From Candidatus Eiseniibacteriota bacterium (GTDB lineage Bacteria; Eisenbacteria; RBG-16-71-46; JABDJR01): a stretch of DNA of 64,000 nucleotides. Each line of letters starts with the position of its first letter. Within the stretch, counting starts at the first letter, position 1. The stretch spans positions 1,184,001-1,248,000 of the forward strand of contig CAWANH010000028.1 of NCBI GenBank assembly GCA_963783375.1, in the 5' to 3' direction. The position numbers and the translations under genes are program-made. The notes under the pieces were generated by a model. The model was given only the letters and a program-made list of their open reading frames with translations, did no database searches and was not told the origin of the DNA. Shown in pieces: positions 60,829 to 64,000 of the stretch.

Positions 60829-61673
60829 GGATCTTGCCCGTGGAAACGCCGCGAATCGTTCCCTCCCCGCCCGTTCCGGAAACCGCCGCCCGCGGTCCGG
60901 CCCCCGCTTCCGCCGGTTCGGCGGCCAAGGTCTCGGTGCGCGGGCTCTCGTTCTTCTACGGCGATCAGCAGGCGCTCTTCGACAACGACCTGGACATCGC
61001 CGAAAACCGGGTCACCGCGATCATCGGACCCTCGGGGTGCGGGAAGTCCACCCACATCCGGGTCTACAACCGCATCTTTCAGCTCTACCCCGAACAGCGC
61101 GCCTCCGGATCGGTGACCCTGGACGGGGAAGATCTCCTGGCTCCCTCGGTGGACGTGATCGAGCTTCGCCGCAAGGTGGGCATGATCTTCCAGAAACCGA
61201 CCCCGTTCCCGATGAGCGTGTTCGAGAACGTGGCCTACGGGCTCCGCACCCATTATCGCCTCCGCAAGCACGAGGTCGCGGAGCGGGTGGAGAAGGCGCT
61301 TCGGGCCGCCGCCCTGTGGGAGGAGGTCAAGGACCAGCTGGGAAAGCCGGGAAGCGCTCTCTCGGGGGGGCAGCAGCAGCGGCTCTGCGTGGCCCGGGCC
61401 CTGGCGGTGGAGCCCGAGGTGATCCTCATGGACGAGCCGACCTCGGCCATCGATCCGGTGGCCACGTCCAAGATCGAGGAGCTGATCGAAACGCTGAAGG
61501 CCGAGTACACCATCGTGATCGTGACCCACAACATGCAGCAGGCGGCCCGTATCTCCGACTTCACCGCCTTTTTCTACAAGGGCCGCATCGTGGAGTTCGG
61601 TCCTACCGACCAGATCTTCACCAACCCCGCCCGGAAGCAGACCGAGGACTACATCACCGGGCGCTTCGGTTGA
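60825..61673 (+). CDS. pstB: Phosphate ABC transporter ATPase
   Basis: [52 protein letters not shown]. Confidence 0.96.
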   Translation: MRILPVETPRIVPSPPVPETAARGPAPASAGSAAKVSVRGLSFFYGDQQALFDNDLDIAENRVTAIIGPSGCGKSTHIRVYNRIFQLYPEQRASGSVTLDGEDLLAPSVDVIELRRKVGMIFQKPTPFPMSVFENVAYGLRTHYRLRKHEVAERVEKALRAAALWEEVKDQLGKPGSALSGGQQQRLCVARALAVEPEVILMDEPTSAIDPVATSKIEELIETLKAEYTIVIVTHNMQQAARISDFTAFFYKGRIVEFGPTDQIFTNPARKQTEDYITGRFG

Positions 61674-61817
61674 TGCCCGGTCGCCGCGGGGAGGGCCCGG
61701 TCCCATGTCCAGGCGTTTGACCGGGAGTTCGGCGGCGGGCCTCCCTGGACCCCTGGGCCGGCGTCTCCCGGGACGGTATGATCGCTCCCGGAGCGATCGA
61801 TCCCCAGCGAGGTGGCC

Positions 61818-62507
61818 ATGTCCCGAGAGCGGATCCTGGTGGTGGACGACGAGGAGGACATCCTCGATCTCGTCCGCTACAACCTGGAAAAGGACGGCTA
61901 CGAGGTGACCTGTCTGGCCTCGGGAGAGGAGGTCCTCCCCGAGATCCGCCGGCGCCCTCCCGATCTGGTGATCCTCGATCTCATGCTTCCGGGGGTGGAC
62001 GGTCTCACCGTGATGAAGCTCCTCAAGCGCGACGAGGCTGCGCGGCGGATCCCGGTGATCATGCTCACCGCCAAGGGGAGCGAGGCGGACATCGTGACCG
62101 GCCTGGAGCTGGGGGCCGACGACTACGTGACCAAGCCCTTCAGCCCCCGGGTCCTGGTGGCGCGGGCGCGGAGCGTGCTCCGGCGCGGGGAGGGGGAGGG
62201 ACAAGGTCCCGAGGCCGCGGTGCTCCGCCGGGGCTCCATGGTGATCGTTCCCGCCCGCCACCAGGTACAGGTGGACGGGGAGCCGGTGGATCTCACCGCC
62301 ACCGAATTCGCCGTCCTGGCCCACCTGGCCGGCCGTCCGGGATGGGTCTTCACCCGGAACCAGATCATCGAGGCGGTGCGGGGGGACCACTACCCGGTCA
62401 CCGACCGCTCGGTGGACGTCCACATCACCGGCCTCCGGCGGAAGCTCGGCCCGGCCGGGGACGCGATCGAGACCGTGCGCGGGGTCGGCTACCGGTTCCG
62501 GGAATGA
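61818..62507 (+). CDS. phoB: OmpR/PhoB-family response regulator (PhoB-like)
   Basis: VVDDE, LDLMLP, MLTAK, KPF, wHTH (RSVDVHI..LRRKL, ETVRGVGY). The gene name is inferred from its position in the pst cluster. Confidence 0.8.
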   Translation: MSRERILVVDDEEDILDLVRYNLEKDGYEVTCLASGEEVLPEIRRRPPDLVILDLMLPGVDGLTVMKLLKRDEAARRIPVIMLTAKGSEADIVTGLELGADDYVTKPFSPRVLVARARSVLRRGEGEGQGPEAAVLRRGSMVIVPARHQVQVDGEPVDLTATEFAVLAHLAGRPGWVFTRNQIIEAVRGDHYPVTDRSVDVHITGLRRKLGPAGDAIETVRGVGYRFRE

Positions 62508-62570
62508 GCTCCGGACGGGGCCCCGAATGCGTCCTCCGGGAAGGATCGGGTCCCCCGAGCCCGCGCGCGT

Positions 62571-62625
62571 CCTAACCGAGACCTAACACTCCCCTCAACA
62601 CCCCCTAACACGGGAGCCCTAGTCT
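62571..62625 (+). promoter_or_regulatory. Four-unit Pho-box-like array upstream of pstS
   Basis: CCTAAC at 62571, 62582 and 62604 plus degenerate CCTCAAC at 62593 (11-bp period); TAGTCT -10 at 62620. Confidence 0.75.
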
Positions 62626-62699
62626 CCCTCCCCGAAGCCCGGCGGGCCGCGCGGCGCCCCGACCGGAGACGGGTCGAAGGTGAAAGGAGATCCCGTTTG

Positions 62700-63758
62700 A
62701 TGCGCAGATCATTTCTGAAACTCGCTCTGGCGGTCGGTGGGGTGGCGATTCTGGTGGGAACCTCGGGCGGCGCCCTCGCCGCGGACCAGGTCGTCTCCGG
62801 GGCGGGAGCCACGTTCCCCTACCCCATCTACGCCCAGTGGGCCGACGCCTACAACAAGCTCACCGGCGTGAAGCTCAACTACCAGGCCATCGGCTCCGGC
62901 GGCGGCATCGCCCAGATCAAGGCCAAGACGGTCGACTTCGGGGCCTCGGACGCGCCGCTCACCAAGGCCCAGCTGGACGAGGCCGGACTCATGCAGTTCC
63001 CCATGATCATGGGGGGCGTGGTGCCGGTGGTGAACCTGAAGGGGATCGAGGCGGGCCGGCTCAAGCTCACCCCCACCCTGCTCGCCGACATCTACCTGGG
63101 CAAGGTGACCAAGTGGGACGACCCGGCGGTGGCCAAGGTGAACCCCGGCCTGAAGCTTCCCGGCAAGGCCATCACCGTGGTCCACCGGAGCGACGGGTCC
63201 GGGACGACCTGGATCTACACCAACTACCTGGACAAGGTCTCCCCGGCCTGGCACGAGAAGGTCGGCACCGACAAGGCGGTGGACTGGCCGGCCGGCGTGG
63301 GGGGGAAGGGAAACCAGGGCGTGGCCGCCTACGTCCAGAAGATCAACGGCTCGATCGGCTACGTGGAGTTCGCCTACGCCCTTCAGAGCAAGATGGCCTA
63401 TGTGATGCTCCAGAACCGGGACGGCGAGTTCGTCGCCCCCACCATGGACACCTTCATGGCCGCCGCCGCCAACGCGGACTGGAAGGATGCCCCCGGGTTC
63501 TACCTGGTGCTCACCGACCAGCCCGGAAAAACGAGCTGGCCGATCACCGGGGCCTCGTTCATCCTCATGTACAAGAACCAGAAGAACATGGCCACCGCGG
63601 AAGCGGTGCTGAAGTTCTTCGACTGGAGCTACCGGCACGGCGACGAGATGGCCCGGAAGCTGGACTACGTGCCGATGCCGGACAACGTGGTGCAGCTGGT
63701 CCAGGAAGCCTGGAAGAGCCGGATCGCGGGCTCGGACGGGTCGGAGATCTGGCCCTAG
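62700..63758 (+). CDS. pstS: Phosphate ABC transporter substrate-binding protein
   Basis: GAGATFP, NYQAIGSGGG, DFGASD, HRSDGSGTT, GGKGN, IGYVE, WPI. Confidence 0.96.
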   Translation: MRRSFLKLALAVGGVAILVGTSGGALAADQVVSGAGATFPYPIYAQWADAYNKLTGVKLNYQAIGSGGGIAQIKAKTVDFGASDAPLTKAQLDEAGLMQFPMIMGGVVPVVNLKGIEAGRLKLTPTLLADIYLGKVTKWDDPAVAKVNPGLKLPGKAITVVHRSDGSGTTWIYTNYLDKVSPAWHEKVGTDKAVDWPAGVGGKGNQGVAAYVQKINGSIGYVEFAYALQSKMAYVMLQNRDGEFVAPTMDTFMAAAANADWKDAPGFYLVLTDQPGKTSWPITGASFILMYKNQKNMATAEAVLKFFDWSYRHGDEMARKLDYVPMPDNVVQLVQEAWKSRIAGSDGSEIWP

Positions 63759-63864
63759 ATCGAGTTGCGGCGAGGGCCGGGGCGAGGGCCCCGGCCCTTC
63801 GCGCGAGCGCGCAGAGTTCTGAAGCGCGCGATCCACCCCCGGCAATCAGAACAAGGAGTCTTAC

Positions 63865-63999
63865 GTGAAGCGATGGATGTTGGTGATCTCGGTGATCGGG
63901 ATTTCCGCGCTCGGCATCGGTGGGACGGCGCCGGGCGCGGCGGCCGGCGAGGGACAGGGTTCGCCGGTCATCGGCGACGCGGGAGCGTTCCTGGGCGAC
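63865..63999 (+). CDS. Start of a secreted protein, truncated by window end
   Basis: AAGGAG RBS, GTG 63865, signal peptide MKRWMLVISVIGISALGIGGTAPGAAA. Confidence 0.6.
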   Translation, partial: MKRWMLVISVIGISALGIGGTAPGAAAGEGQGSPVIGDAGAFLGD

Positions 64000-64000
64000 C

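Overview
Very GC-rich, gene-dense bacterial chromosomal window. No rRNA, tRNA, CRISPR array, integrase or transposase was recognised. Four secreted proteins end in a FlgD-Ig/T9SS-like tail and one ends in a TWSLLKARY tail, which suggests an FCB-superphylum candidate lineage (Eisenbacteria/Krumholzibacteria-like; inference). Housekeeping content: CPA1 Na+/H+ antiporter, Tat amidase, hemH, Lhr helicase, an RND pump with two inner-membrane subunits, archease+rtcB, and pstCAB-phoB-pstS with 11-bp-period CCTAAC Pho-box-like repeats. The most unusual part is a co-oriented ~21 kb locus (28.8-49.6 kb). It encodes a FecR-like/LRGG/TPR secreted protein, an exported TPR-CHAT protease, a TIMP-like small protein, a ~3,955-aa FG-GAP/ASPIC-PD40-matrixin-Ig-propeller-FlgD giant, a membrane Ser/Thr kinase with external TPRs, a DUF6588-like beta-barrel and a lipoprotein. 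Non-coding candidates include a recurring 25-bp AT-rich imperfect palindrome (3 copies) and a rod-shaped 6S-like RNA. Five single-base frameshifts in four genes are probably long-read errors, although two lie in G-tracts of the CHAT locus. All family calls come from motif recognition by eye; no database search was run.
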